Under the pieces are notes generated by a model, which was given only the letters and a program-made list of their open reading frames with translations, did not search any database and was not told the origin of the DNA. A DNA stretch of 64,000 nucleotides from Betaproteobacteria bacterium (GTDB taxonomy: Bacteria; Pseudomonadota; Gammaproteobacteria; Burkholderiales; SG8-39): positions 6,806 through 70,805 of the forward strand of contig JACQTO010000176.1 of assembly GCA_016210745.1 (NCBI GenBank), given 5' to 3'. Within the stretch, counting starts at the first letter, position 1. The number at the start of each line of letters is the position of its first letter. The position numbers were made by a program, and so were the translations under genes. Shown here piece by piece: positions 41,415 to 51,908 of the stretch.

Positions 41415-42125
41415 GTGACATCGCGATTCTTCGGCCTCATTCCCGCAGCCGGCAGCGGGTCGCGCTTCGGCGACGAGGCGCCTAAGCAATACCATCGGCT
41501 TGCCGGCAAGCCGATGCTGGGTCATGCCGTGCAAAGCCTGCTTGCCGCAAGGGAAATCGACACCGTATTCGTGGTGCTGGCAGCAGGCGACGAGGCGTTC
41601 AGAAAGCACGATTGGAGCGAATTCGGCGAACGTCTCGCTCCGCTCTATTGCGGCGGCCCGAACCGCAGGGACAGCGTGCTGAACGGAATCATCGCTAGCG
41701 CGAGCGCGGTGGACGCCGGCGATTGGGTCCTGGTGCACGATGCCGCACGGCCGTGCCTGGGCAAAGCCGAGCTGACGCGATTGATCGCCGAGGTGAGCGA
41801 CGACGAGGTCGGCGGCATTCTCGCCGTGCCCGTGGCCGACACGCTCAAGCGCGCCGACGACGAGCGGCGCATCCTCGCCACCGAGCCGCGCGATAGGATG
41901 TGGCAGGCACAGACGCCGCAGATGTTTCGCCATACCGTTCTGCTGCGAGCGCTGGGCGAGCACCCCGAGGCCACGGACGAGGCTGCGGCAGTTGAGGCCA
42001 TGGGACTCAGGCCCAAGCTGGTCCAGGGCCGCAGCACCAATCTGAAAGTGACCTATCCGGCCGATCTCGAGTTGGCGGAGTTGATACTTAGCAAAATGGG
42101 GTCAGGGAAAATGGGGTCAGAGTAA
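41415..42125 (+). CDS. ispD: 2-C-methyl-D-erythritol 4-phosphate cytidylyltransferase
   Basis: IPAAGSGSRFG, PKQY, LVHDAARP, QTPQ, NLKVTYPADL; the C-terminus and stop come from repeat B4. Confidence 0.96.
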   Translation: MTSRFFGLIPAAGSGSRFGDEAPKQYHRLAGKPMLGHAVQSLLAAREIDTVFVVLAAGDEAFRKHDWSEFGERLAPLYCGGPNRRDSVLNGIIASASAVDAGDWVLVHDAARPCLGKAELTRLIAEVSDDEVGGILAVPVADTLKRADDERRILATEPRDRMWQAQTPQMFRHTVLLRALGEHPEATDEAAAVEAMGLRPKLVQGRSTNLKVTYPADLELAELILSKMGSGKMGSE

Positions 42126-42189
42126 CATTTCATCAAACCGACGCCGCACGGTTGAAGGCGTTTGGGAAATGTTACTCTGACCCCATTTT
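42093..42189 (-). repeat. Repeat family B copy B4 (42108-42189) with a duplicated 13-bp arm start (42093-42105)
   Basis: AAAATGGGGTCAG-GG-AAAATGGGGTCAGAGTAACATTTC...GAAATGTTACTCTGACCCCATTTT. Confidence 0.92.
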
Positions 42190-42215
42190 CCTATTGGCGC
42201 CTATCGGGGACCAGC

Positions 42216-42692
42216 ATGAGAGTCGGAACCGGATTTGATGTGCACGTTCTTGCCGCCGGGCGCAGGCTCGTGATCGGCGGGGTCGATATCCCGTTCGAAA
42301 AGGGTCTCGCAGGCCATTCGGATGCCGATGTGCTGCTGCACGCGATCACCGACGCGCTGCTTGGGGCAGCGGCGCTCGGGGACATCGGGCGGCATTTCCC
42401 GGATACCGATCCGCGCTGGAAGGATGCCGACAGCCGTTTGCTGCTGCGCGCGGCGGTGGCCAGAGTGCGCGAGGCCGGTTACCGCATCGCCAATGTCGAT
42501 GCGACCTTGATCGCGCAGGCGCCGCGGATCGCAGGCTACGTCCCGGCTATGGTGAAGAATATCGCCGCCGATCTCGGACTGCCGGAATCCTGCGTCAACG
42601 TGAAAGGCAAAACCGCCGAGCGGTTGGGCGCAATCGGCCGCGGCGAGGGCATTGCCGCCGAGGCGATAGCGGCGATCGACGCCGCCGCCTGA
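42216..42692 (+). CDS. ispF: 2-C-methyl-D-erythritol 2,4-cyclodiphosphate synthase
   Basis: [29 protein letters not shown]. Confidence 0.97.
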   Translation: MRVGTGFDVHVLAAGRRLVIGGVDIPFEKGLAGHSDADVLLHAITDALLGAAALGDIGRHFPDTDPRWKDADSRLLLRAAVARVREAGYRIANVDATLIAQAPRIAGYVPAMVKNIAADLGLPESCVNVKGKTAERLGAIGRGEGIAAEAIAAIDAAA

Positions 42693-42737
42693 ATCGATCG
42701 CAGCGCTGGGCGCGCCATAGAACCCAAGGCCTCCCGC

Positions 42738-43238
42738 TTGTTTTTCGCGCTGTGGCCCGATGAGCGGGCGCGGTACGCGCTTACCCGTTGGGTCGAGGCC
42801 TCTTACAGCCGCTGCGGCGGCAGGCGCATGCGCTCCGAGAACCTGCACATCACCATCGCCTTTCTCGGCATGATCGAGCGCGACCGCATCGACGCGCTGG
42901 CGAGGGTCGCTGCGAAAGTCGCCTCGCGCAAGTTCGACCTCGTCCTCGATCAACCAGGCTACTGGAAGCACAACAAAATCGCGTGGCTCGGCGCGAGCGA
43001 AGTTCCCGCAGATCTGGTCTCGATGGTGGACGAACTGCGCGGTGCGCTAACGGCCGGCGGTTTTCAATTCGACCTCAAACCCTTTGTGCCGCACATCACC
43101 CTGCTGCGCAATGCCCGGCCGCCCAAGGAGATGCCGGCGCTCGATTCGGTGCGATGGACAGTGAACGGATTCGTGCTGCTCTCGTCGGAGCGCGATCAGG
43201 CCGGGCCGCGCTATCGGGTCGCTGCAGGGCCGTTCTAG
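42738..43238 (+). CDS. thpR: RNA 2',3'-cyclic phosphodiesterase (2H family)
   Basis: FFALWP, two HITx motifs (LHITIAF, PHITL); start uncertain. Confidence 0.88.
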   Translation: MFFALWPDERARYALTRWVEASYSRCGGRRMRSENLHITIAFLGMIERDRIDALARVAAKVASRKFDLVLDQPGYWKHNKIAWLGASEVPADLVSMVDELRGALTAGGFQFDLKPFVPHITLLRNARPPKEMPALDSVRWTVNGFVLLSSERDQAGPRYRVAAGPF

Positions 43239-43699
43239 TCCTGGCGAGCGCCTGCCGAGCGTTTCTTCGGTTTGTTTCCGATAGCCGCGGACGGATCTAG
43301 GGCCGCCTTCACCACGACTACGCCGGGAAAAAAAGAAGCGTAATCCTTGTCCCCTGTCATGACGTGGTGTTGCAGCCAGTCTTGCAGGAAAGCAATCATG
43401 TGCGCCGAAATCTCGACACGGAGCGACTCTTCGTGCAGTGCTTCCAAGCGTGACGCGAATCGCTGGTGTTCGGCCGCATGCGGGGCAAGGTCGGGGTAGC
43501 CGTGAATCTGCATCAGGCTTTCCTCGACCGCGAAATGAACCTGCGTGTATTGGGTAAGCCGGCCAATGGTCGAGTGCACGGCGGACCAACGTTGCTGCGT
43601 GCCTACCGCCTGCTCCAAATCCGAAATGCAATCGATGAGAACCCTGTGTTGTTTATCGATCTCGGGAATGCCGACCGAGAACTCCTCCTTCCACTCCAT
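43235..43699 (-). CDS. Bacteriohemerythrin
   Basis: W..EFSVGIPEIDKQH, HFAVEE, HAAEH, WLQHHV..D. Confidence 0.92.
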   Translation of the reverse strand: MEWKEEFSVGIPEIDKQHRVLIDCISDLEQAVGTQQRWSAVHSTIGRLTQYTQVHFAVEESLMQIHGYPDLAPHAAEHQRFASRLEALHEESLRVEISAHMIAFLQDWLQHHVMTGDKDYASFFPGVVVVKAALDPSAAIGNKPKKRSAGARQD

Positions 43700-43743
43700 T
43701 TTTTTGCTCCTTATGTTGAAGCATGAATTGCCAGCCGGAGCCT

Positions 43744-43760
43744 AGCCAGTTTTGTGCCAA
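43744..43760 (-). promoter_or_regulatory. Putative sigma-54 promoter of the hemerythrin gene
   Basis: Minus strand TTGGCACAAAACTGGCT (GG-N10-GC), about 45 bp upstream of the start. Confidence 0.5.
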
Positions 43761-43979
43761 AGAGCCATCGTGGTTGCAACAAATATCTATTGACAAAAGG
43801 TAACGTAAGCCAAACGTCAACGGAATGGGTGGGGTTGACCCTCGGTTTGGCTTTCAGCAATGCGGATTTCGCACTGAACGATAGGCAGGCCGCACCGGCA
43901 GAAGGGCAACGGCTGGCACAGGTGGGTATGGCAGAGATGTTAGCTCGGAGAGGCGATCAGTGGGAAGACGGCGCGAACC

Positions 43980-45593
43980 TCAGATGGGCCCAGCGGAAGC
44001 GACAAGTAAGGGGAAAACCGCCCGAATCTCGGTACCGGCGCCCGTCGTGGACTTGATCTCGACCGACCCGCCGACGTGTTTGGCCCGAATCTGCATTCCG
44101 AACAGTCCGAGGTTTCCGGGCTCGCTCCCATTTCCCTCGTGGCCGGCATTGCAGTCGAACCCGTTTCCGTTGTCGCGTATCCCGAGTTCCAGTTCATCGG
44201 CGCTCTGGTGCAAATGAACCCAGACCTCGGTCGCCTTCGCATGGTGCAAGACGTTGCGCAGGCCCTCCTGCAACACGCGAAAGCAGGCCTTCTCCACTTG
44301 CCTGGGCGCCCGTACGTCGGGCTTCGTGGCGTCAATATGCAACTTCCAGCCGCCTGCCGCAGCCTGCCGCTCGCAGTATGCGTGCAGTGCCGCGTCGAGC
44401 CCGAAGTCTTCCAACTCTGGGGGAGCGAGATCCATCACCAATTTGCGGATTAGCGTGGTTGCGTGCGCCGTCACGGCGAGCGCTTGATCCTGGGGAGTAT
44501 CCGTCTGCGCGCCGCCGGCACCGGACCCCGCCATCTGGAGATAGAACTTCAAGGCCATCAGTTGTTGCCCCAACTCCTCGTGCAATTCGTAGGCGATTCT
44601 GCGGCTCTCTTCCTCTTGGGCTGTAGCGAGCCGCGCGCTCAGCGCCTCCAGTTGCCGCATGAGCTGCTCGCGCACTTGCTCGGCCTGTCTGCGCTCGGTG
44701 ATGTCGCGCAGGATGACCGTGAACAGTCTATTGGGCGATACGCCGGATTGCGACACCGTGGCCTCGATCGGGAATTCCTCGCCGCTTGCGCGCACTCCGC
44801 AGATCTGCCCGTACGTTCCGATCGAACGGTTGCTCTGCCCGGTCGCGCCAAAGGCGCGAACGTGCTGTTCGTGCGACGCGCGGAAGCGTTCCGGGAGCAG
44901 AACGCTCAGGGACCGGCCGATCATGGCGGCGGCGGGGTGTCCAAACAAGCGCTCGGCCGCTGAATTGAACAGGACCACGCGCTGCTCCTCATCGACGCTG
45001 ACGATGCCTTCACCGACCGAACGGTAAATCTCGTCCAGCCGGTCCCTGCTCTCGCGCAGAGCTTGGTTCAACTCCTGCGTGCGCGTCAGCGCCGCTTCGA
45101 GGGCTTCCTCCGCCCGCTTGCGCTCGGCCACCTCCCGAGTCAACTGCTCATTGGCCTGCTGCAATTGCAGGTTTTGAATCCTGAGCTGCTCTCTTGCCGC
45201 GGACAGGGCCAGGTGCGTTTTGATCCGCGCCAGAACCTCCTGGGCATGGTAGGGCTTGTCGATGTAGTCGACCGCGCCGAGCTCGAATCCCTTGGTCCTG
45301 TCGGCGGTGTCCGTGAGAGAGCTCAAGAAGATGACCGGGATGTCGCGCGTGCGCTCGTCTGCTTTCAGGCGGCGGCAGACTTCGAATCCGTCGACTCCGG
45401 GCATCCGGATGTCCAGCAGGATCAGCGCGGGCTGCTTGGCCTGCACGCTGCGCAGGGCCAATTCGCCGTCACTCGTCGGCCGTACCCGATAGCCGGCTTC
45501 GGTCAGGATATTGGCCAATAACTTGAGATTGGCCACCGTATCGTCGACGACCAGAATATCGCCGGCGGGAGCTGCATCAGTGTTCGCGTTCAT
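43980..45593 (-). CDS. REC-PAS-HisKA_3 (NarX/UhpB-type) histidine kinase
   Basis: Start MNANTDAA; ILVVDD, LLDIRMP, PAS, RIAYELHEELGQ, DNGNGF, GLFGM. Confidence 0.9.
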   Translation of the reverse strand: MNANTDAAPAGDILVVDDTVANLKLLANILTEAGYRVRPTSDGELALRSVQAKQPALILLDIRMPGVDGFEVCRRLKADERTRDIPVIFLSSLTDTADRTKGFELGAVDYIDKPYHAQEVLARIKTHLALSAAREQLRIQNLQLQQANEQLTREVAERKRAEEALEAALTRTQELNQALRESRDRLDEIYRSVGEGIVSVDEEQRVVLFNSAAERLFGHPAAAMIGRSLSVLLPERFRASHEQHVRAFGATGQSNRSIGTYGQICGVRASGEEFPIEATVSQSGVSPNRLFTVILRDITERRQAEQVREQLMRQLEALSARLATAQEEESRRIAYELHEELGQQLMALKFYLQMAGSGAGGAQTDTPQDQALAVTAHATTLIRKLVMDLAPPELEDFGLDAALHAYCERQAAAGGWKLHIDATKPDVRAPRQVEKACFRVLQEGLRNVLHHAKATEVWVHLHQSADELELGIRDNGNGFDCNAGHEGNGSEPGNLGLFGMQIRAKHVGGSVEIKSTTGAGTEIRAVFPLLVASAGPI

Positions 45594-48500
45594 GCGGTCG
45601 TCCCTGGCACAAATGAGTCTAGCAGTGTAAGCAGTTCCTTGAACTGCAGGTTCTTCACCATGCCGCGCAGCCGCGCGCCGAGTTTGTCGTCGATAGCGAC
45701 GATTCTTCCGGCCACCTCCAGGCAGCGATCGCCGTCGAGCAGCACTGCAGCCTCGCGCAACTCGCCGAGCAATGCCGCGGGCAGCCTTTCGAGCTGCGCC
45801 CCAGCCGATTCGCCTGCATCGATGATGTTCGCCGCCTGCGATTCCGTGTACACGAAGCGCACGCCCAGATGCTTCGTCAGAGCCTCGAATATCTCCGCAT
45901 CGCCGTAGGGCTTGCGGATGAAATCGTCGCAGCCCGCCGCCAGAATCTCCTGCCGTTCTTCTTCCAGGGCGTGGGCGGTCACGGCGACGATCTTGGTCTT
46001 GGACCCGATCGCGCTTGTCCTGATTCTCCGCGTGGCTTCGAGCCCGTCCATTTCGGGCATGCGGATGTCCATCCAGACGAGGTGCGGATGCCACTGCTCG
46101 CATAGCGCCACCGCCTCGCGGCCGTTGGCGGCGTCGCGCAGATCGAATCCCAGCGGCTCGATCAAAGCGTGCAGAAGCTCGCGGTTCTCCCGCTGGTCCT
46201 CGGCGATGAGCAGCCGATAGCGATGTTGTCCCGGTGCGAGGCCGGCGATTCGCCCGCGGTCCGATACTGCCGGGACTCGGTCTGATCGGTCGGTGGGGCG
46301 CAGTGGAATCTCGAAATAGAAGACCGAGCCACGGCCCGGTCTGGTCGTGAAACCGATCGTTCCGCCCATGAGTTCGACGTATTGCTTGCTGATGTACAAC
46401 CCCAGACCGGTTCCGGTTTGCGCGCCTGGCATGCTGCGCAACCGTCCGAAGGCGGAAAAGATGCCGGTGCTGTCCTTTTCGTCCATGCCCGGACCTGAAT
46501 CCTCCACCTCGAAGCGCACCCACGCGAATGGTTCCGGCTTCCGCGGCGTGATCGCGGCCCGCAGGGATATTCCGCCGGTCCCGGTGAACTTGATCGCGTT
46601 GCCGACCAGGTTGAGCAGTACCTGGCGCAGTTTCCGTTCGTCCGCGGTGACATACCGAGGCATCTCCGGGGAAAGGACCATTTCGAGTGTCAATCCTTTC
46701 CCGTCCGCCTCGACATGCATCAGCGATCGGATCTCGTGCAATAGGCGGTGCAGATCGAAACCGGTTTCCTCGATCGCCGCGTGACCCGATTCGACCTTGG
46801 AGATTTCCAGCACATTGTTGATCAGTCCCAGAAGGTGTTCGCCGCTGTTGTTGATGATGTCCAAATGGCGTGTCTGCTCCGGCGTAACATCCTTGGCGTT
46901 TCTCATCAGCCGGCCGAAGCCGAGAATCGCGTTGAGCGGCGTGCGCAGCTCATGGCTTACGTTGGCGAGAAAAGCCGCTTTCGCTTCGTTTGACTGCTCG
47001 GCCCTGATGCGCTCGGCTTCGGTCTCGCGCAGCAACTGCTCCGCTTTCTCGCGCTGGCTGATGTCCCGCAGAATCACGGTGTAGAGTTTTTGTCCGGGGG
47101 TACTCGCCTGCGATATGGTTGCCTCGAAGGGAAAGAGTTCACCGTCGGCCCGTTGCCCGACAAGCGGCTTCTGTGACGCCATCGAGCGCGCCGTCACGGC
47201 GGTTCTCCCGAAAGTCTCGATGTGGGTTCGGTGAATTTCGCGATAAGGTTCCGGTATGAATCGGTCGAGTGTTTGGCCGATGGCTTCGGCGGCGGAACAG
47301 CGGAAGATCTTTTCCGCCGCTGCGTTGAAAAGGATGATCCGCTGGTCCTGATCCAGCGCGATGATCGCATCCATCGCCGTGCGGATGATCGCGGAGAAAC
47401 GCTCTTCGCTCGCGCGCATCGCATCCTCCGCGCGCTTGCGCTCGGTGATGTCCTGGGTGATCCCCAATCCTCCGCGCAGCGCGCCCGTTTCGTCGAACTC
47501 CAGGTAAGCCTTCTCGCGCACCCATTTGACCTGTCCGTCCAACACGATCCGGTGCTCGATGTCATACGGCGCGCCGTGCATACCGGCTTGCCACTGCGTG
47601 TCCACGTATTGGCGGTCGTCGGGATGGATGGTGCTCAAGAACGTCTCATAACTCATCGGCGTTCCCTTGGGCAGACCGAAGATGCGGTGGTTCTCGTCGG
47701 ACCATGTCAGGATGTTGCGCCGGGTGTCGAGCCGCCAACTGCCGACTTGGCCGACCGTCTGCGCCCGTTCCAAATCCTCCCGGCTTTGGCGCAGCGCCTC
47801 CTCGGCTTGCTTGCGCTCGGTGATGTCCATGCCCGTGCCGATGACGCGGACCAAACGCCGGTGCTCGCCGTCGCCTGCGAAGATCGCGTGGCCCCGGGCG
47901 GTGAGCCATCGCTGCGCGCCGTCGGGCCTGACGATCCGGTACTCCGTGTCGTACAGCCCGTCGCCGGCCGGGTCGAGCGCGGCGCGGACATCGGCAGCGA
48001 CGCGCGGGCGATCCTCCTCGTGAACGAAGGCCAGGAACTCCTCGATGCTCATCGCGCGCCGGTCGCCCGTGCCGAATATCTCGTTGGCACGATGGTCGAA
48101 TTCGATGAGACCGTTGTCCTGGCGATACTCCCAGACGGTCAACTCCGCGATTTCCAGCGCCACCGCCAGCCGGTGCTGGCTCTCGCGCAGCGCTGCTTCC
48201 GCCTGGCGCCGTTTCGCATCGGCGCGGTCGAGCGCGCGCGCGGTCCAGAACACCAGTGCCGCGAGCGCGAGCATCAACACCAGCACCAGCAGGGCGAGGT
48301 CCATGCCGACCCCGTAGAAACCTTGATCCAGCCCCCACCAGACCAGCCAGCCGAGAACCGCCGGCAGCAGCAGCACCGCCGGCAGCAGCCAACGCGCCAA
48401 TTGGGCGGCCGGGCCGGGCGTCGTCAACACGCTGGCCAGCCCGTCCTCCCGGGCGAGGACCAGCCCGATGGCGAGCAGCACAAACGATAACGCCGTATGC

Positions 48501-49111
48501 AGCGCCATGCTGGAGTAACCGGCGAATCGGTAAAGCTGCTGAGCGTTGTAGGCGTAGCCGAGCAGGGCAACGACGCCGATCACGCCCACGCATACGGCGA
48601 GCGTTTGCTGCGCCCGGCGGCCCGCCCGTGCCTGCGCGCCGAGCAGCAGCAGTGCGGCGCCGCTCAGCACAAAACCAATCGCGGTTGCTTGCACCATGCG
48701 TCCCGGGAAACGCGTGTGCGGATCGACCGCGTCGCGAAATAGCAGCTGGTCCAGGCCGAAGTCCGCGCCGGCGAGATATTGGGCCAACGTCACGCCGGCC
48801 ACAGCGCAGACGATTGCCGCGCACGCAAACCGCAGCGCGCGCCGTTCGTGCAGCGCCAGCGCCAGACCTGCCAAGAAGAAGCAGAGCGCCGTGTTGGCCT
48901 TCATCGTCGCGAGGCCCGGGACGACGCTCTTCAATGCATCCAAACTGAGCCCCCAGCCAGCCAGCGCAAGCAAGCCCACGCCCGCCACCAATGCCCCTGC
49001 CCATGTCGGCGCGTGCCGCCAGCCGGATTCGGAAACCATGCTCGAGCCCGCGCGCTCATCGCGCCGCGTCGTGCGCGGGATGATCTCGGCGTGCACGCGA
49101 TCGCCGCTCAT
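45590..49111 (-). CDS. Membrane hybrid histidine kinase (multi-TM, 3 PAS, HisKA, HATPase, REC)
   Basis: MKANTA membrane domain, PAS/PAC, SHELRTPLN, GTGLGL, WMDIRMP. Confidence 0.93.
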   Translation of the reverse strand: MSGDRVHAEIIPRTTRRDERAGSSMVSESGWRHAPTWAGALVAGVGLLALAGWGLSLDALKSVVPGLATMKANTALCFFLAGLALALHERRALRFACAAIVCAVAGVTLAQYLAGADFGLDQLLFRDAVDPHTRFPGRMVQATAIGFVLSGAALLLLGAQARAGRRAQQTLAVCVGVIGVVALLGYAYNAQQLYRFAGYSSMALHTALSFVLLAIGLVLAREDGLASVLTTPGPAAQLARWLLPAVLLLPAVLGWLVWWGLDQGFYGVGMDLALLVLVLMLALAALVFWTARALDRADAKRRQAEAALRESQHRLAVALEIAELTVWEYRQDNGLIEFDHRANEIFGTGDRRAMSIEEFLAFVHEEDRPRVAADVRAALDPAGDGLYDTEYRIVRPDGAQRWLTARGHAIFAGDGEHRRLVRVIGTGMDITERKQAEEALRQSREDLERAQTVGQVGSWRLDTRRNILTWSDENHRIFGLPKGTPMSYETFLSTIHPDDRQYVDTQWQAGMHGAPYDIEHRIVLDGQVKWVREKAYLEFDETGALRGGLGITQDITERKRAEDAMRASEERFSAIIRTAMDAIIALDQDQRIILFNAAAEKIFRCSAAEAIGQTLDRFIPEPYREIHRTHIETFGRTAVTARSMASQKPLVGQRADGELFPFEATISQASTPGQKLYTVILRDISQREKAEQLLRETEAERIRAEQSNEAKAAFLANVSHELRTPLNAILGFGRLMRNAKDVTPEQTRHLDIINNSGEHLLGLINNVLEISKVESGHAAIEETGFDLHRLLHEIRSLMHVEADGKGLTLEMVLSPEMPRYVTADERKLRQVLLNLVGNAIKFTGTGGISLRAAITPRKPEPFAWVRFEVEDSGPGMDEKDSTGIFSAFGRLRSMPGAQTGTGLGLYISKQYVELMGGTIGFTTRPGRGSVFYFEIPLRPTDRSDRVPAVSDRGRIAGLAPGQHRYRLLIAEDQRENRELLHALIEPLGFDLRDAANGREAVALCEQWHPHLVWMDIRMPEMDGLEATRRIRTSAIGSKTKIVAVTAHALEEERQEILAAGCDDFIRKPYGDAEIFEALTKHLGVRFVYTESQAANIIDAGESAGAQLERLPAALLGELREAAVLLDGDRCLEVAGRIVAIDDKLGARLRGMVKNLQFKELLTLLDSFVPGTTA

Positions 49112-51639
49112 GCGCTCCCGCCTGCCGTCACCGCGTCCAGCACCGCAAGCAGCTCGTGGAAACGCAGCTCATCCGTCATGCGGCGCAGCCGGGCGCCGAG
49201 TTCCACGTCGATGCGCTCGACCTTTGCGGCAAGCTCAAGGCAGCGCCGCATGTCCAGCAGCACCGCGGCGTAACGCAACTCCTCGATCAATTCCGGCGGG
49301 AGTTCGCGCAATTGGGTCACACTGCATTGCCCCTCCCCGGCAGTCGAGGGCTGTTCTTCGTCGTACAGGAAGCGCACGCCAAGGTGTTTTTCCAGCGCTT
49401 CGAATATCTCGGTATCCCGGTAAGGTTTGCTTATGAAATCGTCGCAGCCGGCCGCCAGAATCTCATCCCGCTCAACCGCCATGGCACGCGCGGTAAGGGC
49501 GACGATCTTGGTTTGAGCCCCGGCCGCCTTGATGCGCCTGGTGGCCTCCAGCCCGTCAATATCCGGCATGCAGATATCCATCCAGATGAGATGCGGACGC
49601 CATTGCTGGGCGAGAGCGACCGCTTCGCCGCCATCGACGGCGTCGCGCAGATCGAATTGCAGAGGCTCGAGCAGCGAGTGCAAGAGCACACGGTTCTCCG
49701 GCTGGTCTTCGGCGATGAGCAGTCGATAGCTCTGTTGTCCCGGCGCCAGGCCTATGATGCGTGCGCCGGTCCATTTTGCGGCGAGTTCTGCTGAGGGGCT
49801 GGCGGTGTGCAGCGGAACCTCGAACCGGAATACCGTGCCCTTGCCCGGTATCGAGCTCAAGCCGAGTTCCCCGCCCATGAGTTCGACCAGTTGCTTGCTG
49901 ATGTGCAGCCCCAGACCGGTTCCGGTTTCTGAGCGGGCCGGGCCGGTCAATTGTTGGAACGGGGCGAAGATGCGGCTCCTGTCCTTCTCGTCGATGCCGG
50001 GACCGGTATCTTCCACCTCAAAGCGAACTCGCTGTGCCGCCTCCTGTGGCGTGGTCTCGGCGCGCAACGATACCCCGCCGGTCCTGGTGAATTTGATCGC
50101 ATTACCGAGCAGATTGATCAATACCTGGCGCAATTTGACCGCATCTGCGGTTGCATAGCGGGACACCCCCGGGGAAATGACCATGCGGAAGCTCAATCCT
50201 TTTCCCGCGGCCTGCACTTGCATCAACGATGCGATTTCATGCAATAACCGGTGCAGGTCGAAATCGATTTCCTCGAGCGCCATGCGGCCCGACTCGATCT
50301 TGGACAAGTCCAGGATATTGTTGATGAGATGCAAAAGGTGTTCGCCACTGCTGTTGATAATATCCAAATGGCGTGCCTGTTCCGCGGTGACATCCTTGCT
50401 GTTCATCAGCAAGCGGCAGAAGCCGAGGATCCCGTTCAGCGGCGTGCGCAGTTCATGGCTTACGGTGGAGAGAAAAGCCGCCTTTGCCGCGTTCGCCTGC
50501 TCGGCCACCTGTTTCGCGAGCAGCATTTCGTGCTCCGCCTTTTCGGCTACGTCTCGCTCCCGTTCCCGCTGATGCAGAAGCTGCTGCGTGTCCAGCAGGG
50601 CTTGTCGCACTCGATCGGCCTCTTTGAGCCCAAGCGGAGGAATCGACACCGCTTCGCCCTTGCCGATCGCCAAGGCTGGGGCTGTCAATTCCTGGATCGG
50701 CCGGGCGATGCCGCGGCCGATCCAGGTGGCCAATCCGAGGCCCATCAAAAGCAGCAGGCCTGCGCCAGCGGAGTAAAGCGCGAGGTCTCGCCTCAGATCG
50801 GCGGTCAGAACGGCCTCCGGGACCCCGATCGCTACCGCCCACCCGTAGAGCGAGGATCGGCTGAAGGCAGTCATTACCCGGATGCCTTCCAGCGTCGGAC
50901 TCACGTCCAGCACTTCCTCCTGCACCTGCAGCATTCGTTGCAGAAGGGCCGGCGAAGCCTTCCGGCCGACAAACTGCTCCGCGGCGCGGTCCCGAGCGAC
51001 GATCGTTCCCGTGCGGTCGAAGATTCCAATAACCCATTCCCGGGGCAGACCCTGCTGCGACAGGACTTCGCCAAGATGATTGGGATCCATGCCCAAAGCC
51101 AGACCATAGAGCGCCTTGCCGTCGCGAATCACCGGCACCTCGATGCCCACCAGCGGTTTCTTGGTGACGCCTCCGATATAGACGTCGGACACAGCTGGCT
51201 TGGCCGTCGCAAGTACCTGCTGCAGCAGCTCAGGATTGCCGTGGCGCGGAAGTGAGGCGCCGAATGGCCGGAGAAGGTTCACGACCTGCTGCCCGGAGGC
51301 GTCGGTCAGGACGATGGTGAATCCCGAGGTGTACCCCAACACCTCCTTCGCCTGGCGGTAGAAGGCGGCGAAATCGCGGCGATCGATCTGGCTCGATGTG
51401 GCAAGGGTTTGCAGCGCGGCCACGTTGGCGGCCAGATCACGTTCGACGACCCGCATGAGGCCGCGGGTGGTTTCGAGCGTGCGTTGCGTAAGGTTGGACC
51501 GTTCCTGTTTATAGGAAACGTAGGTGACAGCGGCGGCGAGCAGCCAGGCCGGCAGAATGCAGGCGACTACCAGTAAAGCAACGCGCGCCTGGATCGTCAG
51601 CCGGTCGTGCTGACGCAGTGCCGCAAAGAGCTTCCGCAA
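49108..51639 (-). CDS. Hybrid histidine kinase (Cache sensor, HisKA, HATPase, REC)
   Basis: TM-Cache-TM, SHELRTPLN, GTGLGL, WMDICMP; TTG start. Confidence 0.92.
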   Translation of the reverse strand: MRKLFAALRQHDRLTIQARVALLVVACILPAWLLAAAVTYVSYKQERSNLTQRTLETTRGLMRVVERDLAANVAALQTLATSSQIDRRDFAAFYRQAKEVLGYTSGFTIVLTDASGQQVVNLLRPFGASLPRHGNPELLQQVLATAKPAVSDVYIGGVTKKPLVGIEVPVIRDGKALYGLALGMDPNHLGEVLSQQGLPREWVIGIFDRTGTIVARDRAAEQFVGRKASPALLQRMLQVQEEVLDVSPTLEGIRVMTAFSRSSLYGWAVAIGVPEAVLTADLRRDLALYSAGAGLLLLMGLGLATWIGRGIARPIQELTAPALAIGKGEAVSIPPLGLKEADRVRQALLDTQQLLHQRERERDVAEKAEHEMLLAKQVAEQANAAKAAFLSTVSHELRTPLNGILGFCRLLMNSKDVTAEQARHLDIINSSGEHLLHLINNILDLSKIESGRMALEEIDFDLHRLLHEIASLMQVQAAGKGLSFRMVISPGVSRYATADAVKLRQVLINLLGNAIKFTRTGGVSLRAETTPQEAAQRVRFEVEDTGPGIDEKDRSRIFAPFQQLTGPARSETGTGLGLHISKQLVELMGGELGLSSIPGKGTVFRFEVPLHTASPSAELAAKWTGARIIGLAPGQQSYRLLIAEDQPENRVLLHSLLEPLQFDLRDAVDGGEAVALAQQWRPHLIWMDICMPDIDGLEATRRIKAAGAQTKIVALTARAMAVERDEILAAGCDDFISKPYRDTEIFEALEKHLGVRFLYDEEQPSTAGEGQCSVTQLRELPPELIEELRYAAVLLDMRRCLELAAKVERIDVELGARLRRMTDELRFHELLAVLDAVTAGGSA

Positions 51640-51908
51640 ACGTCCTCCTGAAGTGGCGCATCGCTTATTGTTATCGCCTGAAACGGCTTTGGTGTGACAG
51701 TTTCACGGCGAGGTTCCGATGTCAATACGTAGTCGGCCGTGCAGCGGGTAGCCCCGGTAAGAATAGAGCCGATCCGCCTATAATGGGCGGGCTAATCCAG
51801 AGTAACTAGGTAGGGTATGCAGCCGCAGTCAAGAACCGACCAAGCTGGTCCGGCAGCAAGCCGAAGCTGAAGCGAGTCTGACCCAACTAATCCAAGGAAC
51901 TGACGACC

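Noticed and set aside
43790-43820. FNR box upstream of the hemerythrin gene
   Set aside because: TTGAC and GTCAA are not spaced as TTGAT-N4-ATCAA.
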